The notes under the pieces were generated by a model. It did no database searches, had not been told where the DNA came from, and saw nothing but the letters and a program-made list of their open reading frames with translations. Shown here piece by piece: positions 1 through 11,071 of a stretch of 64,000 nucleotides of DNA. Every line of letters begins with the position of its first letter. Position 1 is the first letter of the stretch. The translations under genes were made by a program, and so were the position numbers. Source of the stretch: Alphaproteobacteria bacterium (GTDB lineage: Bacteria; Pseudomonadota; Alphaproteobacteria; Rhizobiales; JAKIUO01); NCBI GenBank assembly GCA_024280895.1, contig JAJRPI010000056.1, positions 103,655-167,654 on the forward strand, written 5' to 3'.

Positions 1-1080
1 ATTTTTTAGGATCCTGCGATCTTGGGTGGTCTGTTTGACTTTTCTAGGCTGATAGATTTGCCCCCTTGGCCTTTGGTAGGAAACCTCGAGTTGGTTGAGC
101 GTCGGTGCAGCGTTGCGTTGATCGGTGCGCGTGGTGGATAGTTTCAGCTTGATATTGTTCCAGTCTTCCCCGGTATTTTGTTTGACGAGGGCGTTGCGTG
201 CAATCAAAAGCGCCGGCTGAATTTTGGTGGTGCCTGTTGAAAGCCGGGCATCATAAAGCGGTTTCCAGCCAGCTCCCGTGATCAGATATCGCACGTTTAG
301 CTTGCCGCGCACCGCCTGTTTGGCGGACAGATATATCTTGATGCTCATCCTTGTTTTTTCGGCGCCCGCTTGCGCCGCCTTTGAGAATGAGGCCTGTTCC
401 TTTTTGACTTTTTTGTTCGTTTTTTCTATTTGCTGTTCCAGTTTAGTTATTTCGAGATCAAGCTGGTTTTTGCGCATGTTTATCTTGTGCTGCTTTGCGT
501 CCAGTTTGCTATCGGCCTGTTCCACCATGCCCAGAAATTGCGGCCAGTTCGGTATAGGGACTTCAATGGCGATCTTGCTTTTTTGTCCGTCGTTCTCAGG
601 CGGGTTGGCAAAGAAAGGCCGCTTCAAGAACCTTCGCGGCATGATCATCAAAAGTTTGCGGCGTCTTTTGATTGAGCTGATCTGCAGGGCCAGATAGGTT
701 ATTTCTTCTGTTTTCATCCGCTTTTGGGTTTGCAGTGTGTCGAGGCGCACTCGATCAGGCTCGCTCATTTCGAAAACTGGTTGGTCAGCGGTAGCGGGAG
801 AAATTTTGCGTACATCAACTGATCCAATGGTCAGTTTACCCTCGACCTTGCCGATCACCTTGACAGAATTTCGCAAAAGTTTCACAGGCAGGTGGTCAAG
901 CACAATAGTGTGGTCGCCAGCTTCAAGTGCAATGTCGATCGTTCGGGTGATCTGCGCCAGTTTTGGGAAAACGGTCACTGAGGATATTTTTGATTGGTAT
1001 GGTTCGTTGGTTTTATCGGCCGCAGACGGGGCGGAAGAAAAAAACAGAACAAGCAGGCCAGCTAAAATTCTCAAGCGCAT
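1..1080 (-). CDS. DUF4139/DUF4140-type (MuiA-like) exported protein, N-terminal 360 codons; the 3' end runs off the left window edge
   Basis: Hand translation of the minus strand from ATG (1078-1080) gives MRLRILAGLLVLFFSSAPSAADK..., open to position 1. It is absent from the ORF track because there is no stop in the window. It has a signal peptide and a central K/E/Q coiled-coil. WKPLYDARL and GEDWNNIKLKLST parallel WRPFYDARL and GEDWSNVKLSLST in the 11072-12820 protein. Confidence 0.75.
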   Translation of the reverse strand, partial: MRLRILAGLLVLFFSSAPSAADKTNEPYQSKISSVTVFPKLAQITRTIDIALEAGDHTIVLDHLPVKLLRNSVKVIGKVEGKLTIGSVDVRKISPATADQPVFEMSEPDRVRLDTLQTQKRMKTEEITYLALQISSIKRRRKLLMIMPRRFLKRPFFANPPENDGQKSKIAIEVPIPNWPQFLGMVEQADSKLDAKQHKINMRKNQLDLEITKLEQQIEKTNKKVKKEQASFSKAAQAGAEKTRMSIKIYLSAKQAVRGKLNVRYLITGAGWKPLYDARLSTGTTKIQPALLIARNALVKQNTGEDWNNIKLKLSTTRTDQRNAAPTLNQLEVSYQRPRGQIYQPRKVKQTTQDRRILKN

Positions 1081-1244
1081 AGGTCGGTTCCCTCAAACAT
1101 TGCTCCCCATGCGGTGTCACCGCCCTGCTTTTACAATCATCAGTAATATGGCGAGAATGTGTATCAATGGCGCGCAGAAGATTTGGCCGTATCCTGTCTG
1201 GCGAAGATCAGCGCCGTCAGCTAGCTTTTATGCGGTGAGGCAGA

Positions 1245-3029
1245 TTACCTCTCCCCCGTATCAATACAAAGCATGACGGGGCGACCACCTTCGATGGCAT
1301 AGGCGGGCAGGTTGGAGTTGCTGGCGCAGATTTTTCCATCTTTGGTAAAAGTCAGATCGCGCAAAAAGGTGACGCGGGTCGGAGATGGGTAACTGGTGAA
1401 TTCCAGTGTTTTGGGATTAAAGCGAAGAATGCGGTCAGACTGGTTGGTGGTGATCCAGATATGACCAGTGTCCGGGTGTACATTGAGGGCATAGGGGATT
1501 TCATACTCGCCAGACGCCAGCAATGGCAGCTTGAACGTTGTGAACTTTTTGCTTTGCGTATCAAAGCGCATCAAGCCGCCTTCGTTAAAGGATGGGATCC
1601 ACAAAGCCCCTTGCTTGTCAAACCGCAGGCGGCGCGGGCCGCTCATGGGAGTATCATATTCGGTGACTTTAAAGGTCTTTGGATCAACGACACCGATTTT
1701 TCCGGCATAGAGTTTTGAATACCAGATCTCGCCGGTTTGCGGATGCACATCAATACCGTATGGAAAGTTGAGGACCTTGCGTCCAAGGCCCGTGTACCAA
1801 TGAGGGGACATCCACATATGGGTATTTTGCTGGGGAAACCAGGAGGCGATTTTGAGCACGGTTGGAAACAGGGCATCTGTCAACCAGCGAAAAAAGCCGT
1901 TGGAGGGCAAATCGATCAGCGTGAATTTTTTGGTGTTGGGGTCAAAGCGCGCGACCTGATTGGAGGCGGGAACGGTAAACCACAAAATGCCATGCTTGTC
2001 GCGGCGGATGGTGTGCGGGTAGAGCGCATCGCCGCCAATTTGATAGGTCTTGAATTTTTTGGTTTCGATATTGAAGCTCAGCAAGGTGGAAGATAAAGAA
2101 CCGGTGATCCAGAACGTCTTATTGTCATCTTCAACTAGCGAATGTGGGCCATGCTTGCCGGTGAAAATGCCAATAGGCAGCTGCGCGCCCGAATAGAGAC
2201 CGCCCAGAGGTAAATCAATGTCCGGCATTTGGTGACGGATGATTTTGCCAGTTTTGCGGTCCAGCTCCCACACGACGTCATGGCCCTGGTCAACACCATA
2301 GAGGTGGCCGTCCGAGCCAACTTCGGTGTCGTGAATAAACGAATTGCCATCGCCGACCTGCCATTCTTCGATTTTCGCAGTAGCGAGCGCCGGGCTGACA
2401 ATATGGGACTGTTTGCGGGTCATAGGCTTGCCGTCAAATCCTTTGGCCAGTACATTTTTGAAAGACCGTTTGTCCCAGGGGGTGATGACCGTAAAATAGC
2501 CTTCCATGCGTTTGATGATCTCGCCCCATTCTTCTTCATCGCGGGGCTGGCGGGTCAATTCATTGCCGATCTGATGGCAATAATGGCATTGGCTGATAAA
2601 GGTGGCCTGGCGAGCCTTGTCGTGCCATTTAAGCTTGGTGACATGGGCGGATGCCGTGAGGCTGTCAGAGATTTGTTCGGGCGTGCGCAAAGGCTGCATC
2701 ATAAGGACCAGATTGATCTGGCTATCGGTGCTCAGGTTGATTTTTTTCGTTATATCGGCAAATCGGGGAGCGCGCACCCGCAATGAGATCGCTCCGGCCA
2801 AGCGGGTGGCCAAGGCAAAACGTCCGATCTTGTCGCTATAAACGGTGATCTTTCTATTGTTTTTTTTGTCAATCAGGCTGACCATCGCCCCTGCAACCGG
2901 GGTGCCTGCTGGTGACACAACGGTGCCAAACAGGCTCGCTGCCATCAACTTACTGCTGGGTGCCAGTGTGAGTGCTATGAGCACTGCTAGCAATATTTGA
3001 GAAAACTGTTTCATGAGTTCCAAACGCAA
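1245..3029 (-). CDS. Exported protein with a CarboxypepD_reg-like N-domain, one CxxCH haem motif and a beta-propeller (Vgb/SMP-30-like repeats)
   Basis: 594-aa ORF. The signal peptide is MKQFSQILLAVLIALTLAPSS, so ATG at 3014 is a likely alternative start. It contains SQCHYCHQIG and repeated hydrophobic-Gly-x-W/F blocks (GHIWITT, GEIWYSK, GILWFTV, TFWITG). Confidence 0.7.
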   Translation of the reverse strand: MRLELMKQFSQILLAVLIALTLAPSSKLMAASLFGTVVSPAGTPVAGAMVSLIDKKNNRKITVYSDKIGRFALATRLAGAISLRVRAPRFADITKKINLSTDSQINLVLMMQPLRTPEQISDSLTASAHVTKLKWHDKARQATFISQCHYCHQIGNELTRQPRDEEEWGEIIKRMEGYFTVITPWDKRSFKNVLAKGFDGKPMTRKQSHIVSPALATAKIEEWQVGDGNSFIHDTEVGSDGHLYGVDQGHDVVWELDRKTGKIIRHQMPDIDLPLGGLYSGAQLPIGIFTGKHGPHSLVEDDNKTFWITGSLSSTLLSFNIETKKFKTYQIGGDALYPHTIRRDKHGILWFTVPASNQVARFDPNTKKFTLIDLPSNGFFRWLTDALFPTVLKIASWFPQQNTHMWMSPHWYTGLGRKVLNFPYGIDVHPQTGEIWYSKLYAGKIGVVDPKTFKVTEYDTPMSGPRRLRFDKQGALWIPSFNEGGLMRFDTQSKKFTTFKLPLLASGEYEIPYALNVHPDTGHIWITTNQSDRILRFNPKTLEFTSYPSPTRVTFLRDLTFTKDGKICASNSNLPAYAIEGGRPVMLCIDTGER

Positions 3030-3235
3030 AACGATGTTCCAAATGGTGTTTCTCGTATCAATTCACAATCAATTCAATTAACCAGATTGTGCCTTATTGT
3101 CACGAAAAAACAAGGGTATATCAAGCTAGAACGATCAACCATTTTCAACTGGATGCTTGAGAAATGGTTGATTTTGTGTGCCGTTCCCCCCTAGATTCAT
3201 ATTGAAGTCATGAATTCAATGAGGCAGCAATTTGT

Positions 3236-4123
3236 ATGAGCTGGGATTTTAGCACGGCAGATAAGCAAAAGGGCAGGGTGGCAATTGTCACAGGGGCCAA
3301 TACGGGGCTTGGGTTTGCAACAGCCTCGGGACTGGCGCGGCTTGGCGCAAAAGTTATCCTCGCGTCACGCAGCGAACAAAGGCTCGATCAAGCAGCCAGC
3401 AAGATCCGCGCTCTATACCCTCAGGCAGACCTTTTGTGTCTCCAGATTGATCTGGGGGATCTATCGTCAGTACAAGTGTTTGCGGAGGCGTTTTTGCGTA
3501 CACATGATCGCCTTGATCTATTAATCAATAATGCCGGTATCATGATGACGCCCTATCAGCTGACGCCAGATGGTTTTGAACGCCAGCTGGCAGTAAACTA
3601 TATTGGTCATTTTGCCCTCACCAACCAATTGCTGCCTTTGATGAATGCGACCAGCAATGCGCGCATCGTGACGCTGTCAAGTCTTGCTCATAACTGGTGG
3701 AAGATTCAGCTCGACGATTTGCATTTTACGCGCGGCTATACTGCCAGAAGGGCCTATGGGCAAAGCAAGCTAGCCTGTTTGATGTTCTCTTATGAGTTGG
3801 CGCGCCGTCTTTTGCAAACCGGAAGCCAGACACGCTCGGTTGCGGCGCATCCTGGTTTTGCCAGCACCTCTTTGTTTCGCGATATGCCAAAGATTGCCCG
3901 ATCATTGATGCCTTTGGTCACGCAATCGGCACGGGCGGGCGCCCTTTCGACCCTTTATGCAGCGTTAGGGGAAGATATCAAAACAGGGGACTATTGTGGC
4001 CCATCGGGGTTTACCCAATATTGGGGACCACCCGCCAGGGTCTTTTCAAGTAAAGCCTCAAAAGATCAGTATGTGGCGTCACAATTATGGGATGCAACCA
4101 TGAGGATGATTGCCACTTCTTGA
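3236..4123 (+). CDS. Short-chain dehydrogenase/reductase (SDR), retinol-dehydrogenase-like
   Basis: 295-aa ORF with the cofactor motif TGANTGLG, NNAG, and catalytic YGQSK. Confidence 0.85.
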   Translation: MSWDFSTADKQKGRVAIVTGANTGLGFATASGLARLGAKVILASRSEQRLDQAASKIRALYPQADLLCLQIDLGDLSSVQVFAEAFLRTHDRLDLLINNAGIMMTPYQLTPDGFERQLAVNYIGHFALTNQLLPLMNATSNARIVTLSSLAHNWWKIQLDDLHFTRGYTARRAYGQSKLACLMFSYELARRLLQTGSQTRSVAAHPGFASTSLFRDMPKIARSLMPLVTQSARAGALSTLYAALGEDIKTGDYCGPSGFTQYWGPPARVFSSKASKDQYVASQLWDATMRMIATS

Positions 4124-4352
4124 GGTTGTCATATCGATTTATTAAAGTTTCAGCGCGAGGTCTTGCTCCGTAACTAAGAGCTGTATAAGCTCTATTCACG
4201 CGATAAGTAATTGGTGGAAGCTGATTATTGTCGCGTTGAGTTTTGCTTGCAACAATATTTACCCATCTTTTCAATCAAGAGAAACAAGATGGGGCGGTGC
4301 GCAGCTTAATAATAATAATGGCGCTTGGTGAGGGTAGAAAAGGGATAAATAA

Positions 4353-5501
4353 GTGAGATCAATTATTATTGTGCTGCTGTGCCTGTTTGGTTCGACACAG
4401 CCGATTGCTGCCGACCTCAAAAAAGGCAAAAAAATCAACAAGACATGTGCTTTGTGTCATGGTGCCTGGGGACAGGGGACGGCCGGAGCCAAATCGCCAC
4501 GCATTGCGGGTATGACCACCGGGTTTCTAGTCAAGATTTTAAGTGAATATCGCTCGAAGAAACGCAAGAATGCGGGCATGGTCGCGACCTCTGGTATTCA
4601 TAAAATGACCGACAAGCATATCGAAGATATTGCCACCTATCTGGCTGGTATTGATCTACGCAACGACCCACGCTTTGATGTCGACCATGCAGAGGGAGAT
4701 AAGGCCAAGGGCGAGGAAATTTTCACGTCCGAGTGCAAGGGGTGCCATCGTAAAAACGGTTATGGCAAGCCTAAAAAGGGCATACCGGCGCTGGCTGGCC
4801 AGCAAACCAAATATATCATCAATACGATCATGCGGTTCAAGGCGCGCAAGCGTGTCCATGATGATGATCCAGAAGATGACCTGTTCGACGAGATGTTTCC
4901 AAAGAAGGAAGATATGCTAAATCTGACGGCTTATCTCTCGACCCTTGATGATGTCACGGAGCCAAGGTCTGCGACCCTGCCCGGGGGCAAGACTATCCTT
5001 TCCAAAGGAAAAGCTGCCGCCAAGGGCGGTAAGAGCAAAACCGCCAAAGCGCCAACCCAGGAGACGCTACCTGGCGCCAGCGTCAGCGAAATCACCCAGA
5101 CTGTGGCCAAGATGGAGCTTGCTAAAAGTGTCTCGCGGGATGAGGCCATTGTTGCCATGCGCAATAAAGCCATTGAGCTTAATATGCGTCTGGTTGGCGA
5201 ACAACATGTCTCCAAGGCACTTGAACAACGGGGGGAGAAAACGCCCTATCTGGCAATATTCCAGTTCTGTAATCTGTCCGATGCCAAAGCCATTGTTCAT
5301 AACAACCCGCTCTATGCCGCCTATATGCCTTGCCGGATTGCCATGGTCGAAGATACCAGTGGCAAGACCTGGTTGATGATGCTCAATCTTGATATCCTCG
5401 TAGATAATACGCTGGTTTCAAAAGACATCGTCAAAACGGTTATCGGCGTCAATCAAAAGATGCTGGAGATTATGGTCGCTGGTACAACCGGCGATCTGTA
5501 G
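4353..5501 (+). CDS. Di-haem cytochrome c fused to a C-terminal DUF302 domain
   Basis: 382-aa ORF with a signal peptide and two CxxCH motifs (CALCH, CKGCH). An Ala/Lys/Gly-rich linker precedes a DUF302-like segment, YLAIFQFCNLSDAKAIV...YMPCRIAMVEDTSGKTWLMMLN. Confidence 0.75.
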   Translation: MRSIIIVLLCLFGSTQPIAADLKKGKKINKTCALCHGAWGQGTAGAKSPRIAGMTTGFLVKILSEYRSKKRKNAGMVATSGIHKMTDKHIEDIATYLAGIDLRNDPRFDVDHAEGDKAKGEEIFTSECKGCHRKNGYGKPKKGIPALAGQQTKYIINTIMRFKARKRVHDDDPEDDLFDEMFPKKEDMLNLTAYLSTLDDVTEPRSATLPGGKTILSKGKAAAKGGKSKTAKAPTQETLPGASVSEITQTVAKMELAKSVSRDEAIVAMRNKAIELNMRLVGEQHVSKALEQRGEKTPYLAIFQFCNLSDAKAIVHNNPLYAAYMPCRIAMVEDTSGKTWLMMLNLDILVDNTLVSKDIVKTVIGVNQKMLEIMVAGTTGDL

Positions 5502-5534
5502 ATCAATACAAAAAACGAAACGGCGGTCCTTGCG

Positions 5535-6224
5535 ATGGTGAACCTGGTTCAACTTCCAGAAGGGCCGCCGCCCGATTTTACCTATGATCCTCCCAAAAAG
5601 CCTTTTTTGGATATTGTCCATCAAGATGATGAGATTATACTGCTGAACAAGTCAGCGGGTCTCTTGAGCGTGCCGGGAAAGCAGCCGAGTCACAAGGATT
5701 GCCTGGAAACGCGTGTGCAATCAAAATTTCCATTTGCCAAGCCCGTTCATCGCCTTGATATGAGTACCTCTGGTCTATTGCTTTTCGGGATCAATCGGCA
5801 GGCTCATCGCTATTTGTCAATCGGTTTTGAGCGTCGTTTGGTCGACAAAACCTATAGCGCGCTTGTCTATGGGCATATGAACGAGAAAGAAGGGCTGGTC
5901 GATCTGCCGCTGATTTGCGACTGGCCCAATCGTCCGCGCCAAAAAGTCGACTTTGAGACCGGGCGGGCCTCACAAACGAGCTGGCGCGTTGTTGGCATTG
6001 AGGGCGACCATACAAGGGTCGAGTTGACACCGTTGACCGGGCGCTCGCACCAGCTGCGCGTGCATATGGCCAGCATTGGCCATCCCATATTGGGAGACAG
6101 GTTTTACGCTCATATAAAAGCCAGACAAGCGGCCCCTCGTTTGATGTTGCACGCCGAGGAGCTAAGTTTTTTGCACCCCAAAGATAGCGAACGGGTCAGC
6201 TTTAGTGCGTCCTGTCCGTTTTAG
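5535..6224 (+). CDS. rluA: RluA-family pseudouridine synthase
   Basis: 229-aa ORF with the catalytic-Asp motif HRLDMSTSGLLLFG and C-terminal HQLRVHMASIGHPILGD. Confidence 0.85.
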   Translation: MVNLVQLPEGPPPDFTYDPPKKPFLDIVHQDDEIILLNKSAGLLSVPGKQPSHKDCLETRVQSKFPFAKPVHRLDMSTSGLLLFGINRQAHRYLSIGFERRLVDKTYSALVYGHMNEKEGLVDLPLICDWPNRPRQKVDFETGRASQTSWRVVGIEGDHTRVELTPLTGRSHQLRVHMASIGHPILGDRFYAHIKARQAAPRLMLHAEELSFLHPKDSERVSFSASCPF

Positions 6225-6285
6225 TCGCGCCTTGTCCCTTTTAGAGGGGCGCGGGGTATAGAAAGGACAGGGGAGGCGCCAAAAC

Positions 6286-6325
6286 AAAGCCGCCCCAAAG
6301 TGAATTGGGACGGCTTCAATTTTTT
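6286..6325. terminator. Bidirectional intrinsic terminator between rluA and groEL
   Basis: The stem is gccgcccca (6289-6297) paired with tgggacggc (6306-6314), with one mismatch. A T-run follows on the plus strand (6320-6325) and an A-rich run precedes it, so U-tracts are present in both orientations. Confidence 0.5.
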
Positions 6326-6351
6326 CAGCTAGCTGAACAGGTTAGTGTGGG

Positions 6352-8064
<1,713 letters not shown>

Positions 8065-8115
8065 TTAAGTTGGTCAATTGGACCAGATTAGTTGTGATAA
8101 AACAGGGGAGAAGGA

Positions 8116-8406
8116 TTAACCCTCAATCACACCCATGATATCGCTTTCTTTCATGATCAGCAGGTCTTCGCCATCGATCTTGACTTCAGTGCCGGACCAT
8201 TTGCCAAACAGCACTTTGTCACCGACTTCGACGTCTGGAGAGATGATGCGGCCGCCTTCGTCGCGTCCACCGGCACCAACGGCGATGATTTCGCCTTCTT
8301 GAGGTTTTTCTGCTGCGCTGTCAGGCAAGATGATACCGCCTGCGGTTGTCAGCTCTTCGTCGACACGGCGTACAACGACGCGATCATGAAGGGGACGAAA
8401 TTTCAT
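8116..8406 (-). CDS. groES: Co-chaperonin GroES
   Basis: The conserved start [14 protein letters not shown] is at ATG 8404-8406 within ORF 8116-8547. The product is 96 aa and lies directly upstream of groEL. Confidence 0.95.
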   Translation of the reverse strand: MKFRPLHDRVVVRRVDEELTTAGGIILPDSAAEKPQEGEIIAVGAGGRDEGGRIISPDVEVGDKVLFGKWSGTEVKIDGEDLLIMKESDIMGVIEG

Positions 8407-8540
8407 TGTTTTTCTACTCCGGTTAAAGTTTTTAATGCGGGTCAGTTTCAACAAGACAATGGTTTTTGCATCAAAGCGGCCCTTGCAATTACGCAGGGGA
8501 GCTATGGGCGACACAGGGGGCCATCGGCTCATTGATACTG

Positions 8541-8567
8541 TTAGCACTCTACATTGGTGAGTGCTAA
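8541..8567 (-). promoter_or_regulatory. CIRCE operator (HrcA binding site) of groESL
   Basis: A perfect TTAGCACTC-N9-GAGTGCTAA inverted repeat lies 135 bp upstream of the groES start. Confidence 0.9.
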
Positions 8568-8580
8568 CAACTGTTCGGCT

Positions 8581-8609
8581 ATATAGATGTGAGAGGGGTT
8601 TTTGTCAAG
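8581..8609 (-). promoter_or_regulatory. Candidate groESL promoter (alphaproteobacterial sigma32/sigma70-like)
   Basis: The minus strand reads CTTGAC-N17-CTATAT immediately upstream of CIRCE. This resembles the alphaproteobacterial RpoH consensus CTTG-N17-CYTATNT. Confidence 0.45.
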
Positions 8610-8926
8610 ATCCAAACCATTCAATAAGCAAAGAATTTGCTTTCAGCGTTAAGATGCAAACTGCCGTTTAAGGGGTATATGAGGCCGTAATAAGAGCATC
8701 CCTAAAAGATACATATCTTGGATGAGATTTGTCTTTGGACAAGCGGCGAGAGATGTGGCAAACTGTCACTATATAATATCATGATATAAGAATGTCGGTT
8801 TTATCAGACATATCAATGAGTTTGATACGTAGCGGGAATTGACCGCTGTTTCGAAAAGATCGACCTTCTTTTACGGGGGGCGTCAGATCGTACCGACATT
8901 TAACAATCCAAGGAGCATATCGCACA

Positions 8927-9367
8927 ATGACCATAAATAGTTATCTGGACGCGCATCAGCCTATGTTGATCTCCTGCCGACCCGAAGATAGCGTGAAATC
9001 GGCGGCGACCCTGCTGGCCAGTAATAAAATCGGTGCCATGCCGGTGGTTGATGAAAAAGGCAAGCTGGTTGGCTTGTTGTCCGAGCGCGATATTGTGCGG
9101 GCCTTTTCCATGCGCAATTGCGATATCATGACCATGTTGGTGAAAGAGCTGATGTCGCCCAATCCCATCACCTGCAATTTTGATGATGAGATGGAGCGCG
9201 CCATGCGTCTGATGAACCGTCATCGTTTCCGGCATCTCCCCGTCATGAACGGTGAAGAGCTGGTTGGCATGCTGTCTATTCGTGATGCGCTGGAAGATAT
9301 GATCCGCAATAAAGAGCTGGAAGCCAATGTCATGCGCGATATCTCTATCGCCTCAAGGGTTAGATAG
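8927..9367 (+). CDS. CBS-domain pair protein
   Basis: 146-aa ORF with a strong SD (AAGGAG) upstream. It has two CBS repeats (IGAMPVVDEKGKLVGLLSERDIV and FRHLPVMNGEELVGMLSIRD). Confidence 0.8.
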   Translation: MTINSYLDAHQPMLISCRPEDSVKSAATLLASNKIGAMPVVDEKGKLVGLLSERDIVRAFSMRNCDIMTMLVKELMSPNPITCNFDDEMERAMRLMNRHRFRHLPVMNGEELVGMLSIRDALEDMIRNKELEANVMRDISIASRVR

Positions 9368-9466
9368 CGCTGTATTGTGGTGAATTGAGCCGTGCCATTC
9401 GTGGCGGGATGTTTAAGCGGCATTGAGAAGGACATGCCGGGTGGGACATAACTGTCCCCTCCGGTT

Positions 9467-10765
9467 TTATTTTAGATCTGTCAGGCGGGCATTGGCTTCG
9501 GTAATGCCAAGGCGCGCTGCCATATTATACCATTTGAGCGCATCGGTACGACTTCCTCTGACGCCATGCAGATTGACCCCTTTGAGATAGTTTGGGTCAA
9601 AGGTTTCTGCCAAGGCCATGGCCGAAATACCGCTGCCCAGGGTCGCGGCATATTGCAAAATCATACGTGCCGAGCTGATGTCGCGCTGTTTGAGATAGCT
9701 GCTGGCCCGTTTGAAAATCTGACTTTCCATATTGGGATCAATATTGGCAGCAGGAACAACCACGAGTTGTTCGAATTCACGAGATTTAGGGGGAAGCTTT
9801 GCTTTGGCTCGCAGTTTCGTGGTCGGCGATTTGCCGCCTGTTTTACGCAAGGCAAATAGGCCTTTTTGATTACGACCCGTTCTTTTTTCAAAAGCCTTGA
9901 TCTGGTCTTCCAGTTCTTGCGGCGTCATGAAAATTTCATTTGCCGATGGGGCTTTGAGAGAGCCTTTTTGGGGGGAAGCAGCCGTTGTCGAAATCCTTGA
10001 AGCAGTTGCCACTTGGGTATCATCAAGGCCGAGCATACCAGCCAGTGGATCAGACGCTTCAGGGGTGATAGATGTATTTTGCGCATATTGGGAGGCTGGT
10101 TTGGCGGACAGGCTGGCGACAACCCACGTATAAGTCTCGCCGGCTTTTGTTTGTGCTTTAGCCCAGTCGATACCTGTTGGCGACGCGAAGTGGGAAAAGG
10201 CCAGGGCGGAGACGAATAGCACTAAGACCGCACCAAGTGTTCCAGAAATATACACCCCCCATCTGGTTGGGCCGATGGGAAGGTCGGGAGATACGGGGAT
10301 GCCTGGTCTTGAACGGGGAATGTGCATGGCAGTCTCTGTGGGATAAGTTGCAAAGGGGGCCCCTTGTGAGGGATGGGCATGGGGGGGGTAGGCTTGGTCG
10401 AGCGGATCGATGGTCGACAAGAGTTCTCGCAGCCCATTTGTCGTAGAGCGATATTCTGGCAGAAAATCAACGGAGCCAGCAGGCATGTCATTTTGCGCAG
10501 AACCAGATGCTTTGTCCAGAGTTTGTTCATCAGCCAAACTCTTATGGCGCTTATTGCTGCTGGGCGACACAGATTGTTTTGTGGCCTCGGCTTTCTCGTG
10601 AGAGGAGCTGGCTTTAGAAGTGGTCTTTGCTGCCTCGATTGCTGGCAATATAATCATATCATGTTTCTGCTGGGTCGATTTGGATTTGCGCCGACGGGAC
10701 TTGCTTTGACGGCGTTTCCCGCTCGTGGAATCTGCGGGATCGGATGTGCCGATTTTCTTTGCCAT
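9467..10765 (-). CDS. Single-pass membrane protein with C-terminal Sel1/TPR-like repeats
   Basis: 432-aa ORF with a basic low-complexity N-terminus and one TM segment (WGVYISGTLGAVLVLFVSALAF). The C-terminus has a Sel1-like ALKWYNMAARLGITEANARL. Confidence 0.6.
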   Translation of the reverse strand: MAKKIGTSDPADSTSGKRRQSKSRRRKSKSTQQKHDMIILPAIEAAKTTSKASSSHEKAEATKQSVSPSSNKRHKSLADEQTLDKASGSAQNDMPAGSVDFLPEYRSTTNGLRELLSTIDPLDQAYPPHAHPSQGAPFATYPTETAMHIPRSRPGIPVSPDLPIGPTRWGVYISGTLGAVLVLFVSALAFSHFASPTGIDWAKAQTKAGETYTWVVASLSAKPASQYAQNTSITPEASDPLAGMLGLDDTQVATASRISTTAASPQKGSLKAPSANEIFMTPQELEDQIKAFEKRTGRNQKGLFALRKTGGKSPTTKLRAKAKLPPKSREFEQLVVVPAANIDPNMESQIFKRASSYLKQRDISSARMILQYAATLGSGISAMALAETFDPNYLKGVNLHGVRGSRTDALKWYNMAARLGITEANARLTDLK

Positions 10766-11071
10766 CTAGTCATTCCTCACACGTGCTATTTCAAGCAGCG
10801 CATATACTCTTTACACGTTACAACTTTCAAAAACGAATCGCAAAAACAAATTTTCCAGTTTCGTGATTGATCTACAGGTCAAATTCACCCATATCGATAC
10901 ATATGGCACAGATCTCTAGTGTTTCTTGCCATTACAAATACTGTAGGTGCAAATATAGTGCCATAGAATGATATATCGGAGATAAGTTCTTTACCATCAT
11001 ATATCGGCCTGATTTATTTGGCAAATAACTAATCCGCGTTATTCTCAAAATTGGTTACTAAAAAGGACTTT

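Noticed and set aside
278-1276. Plus-strand ORFs 278-697, 430-675 and 737-1276.
   Set aside because: They are antisense to a much better minus-strand reading frame (the DUF4139 paralog, open 1-1080) that has family-specific motifs. Their sequences are low-complexity and Cys/Ser/Leu-rich.
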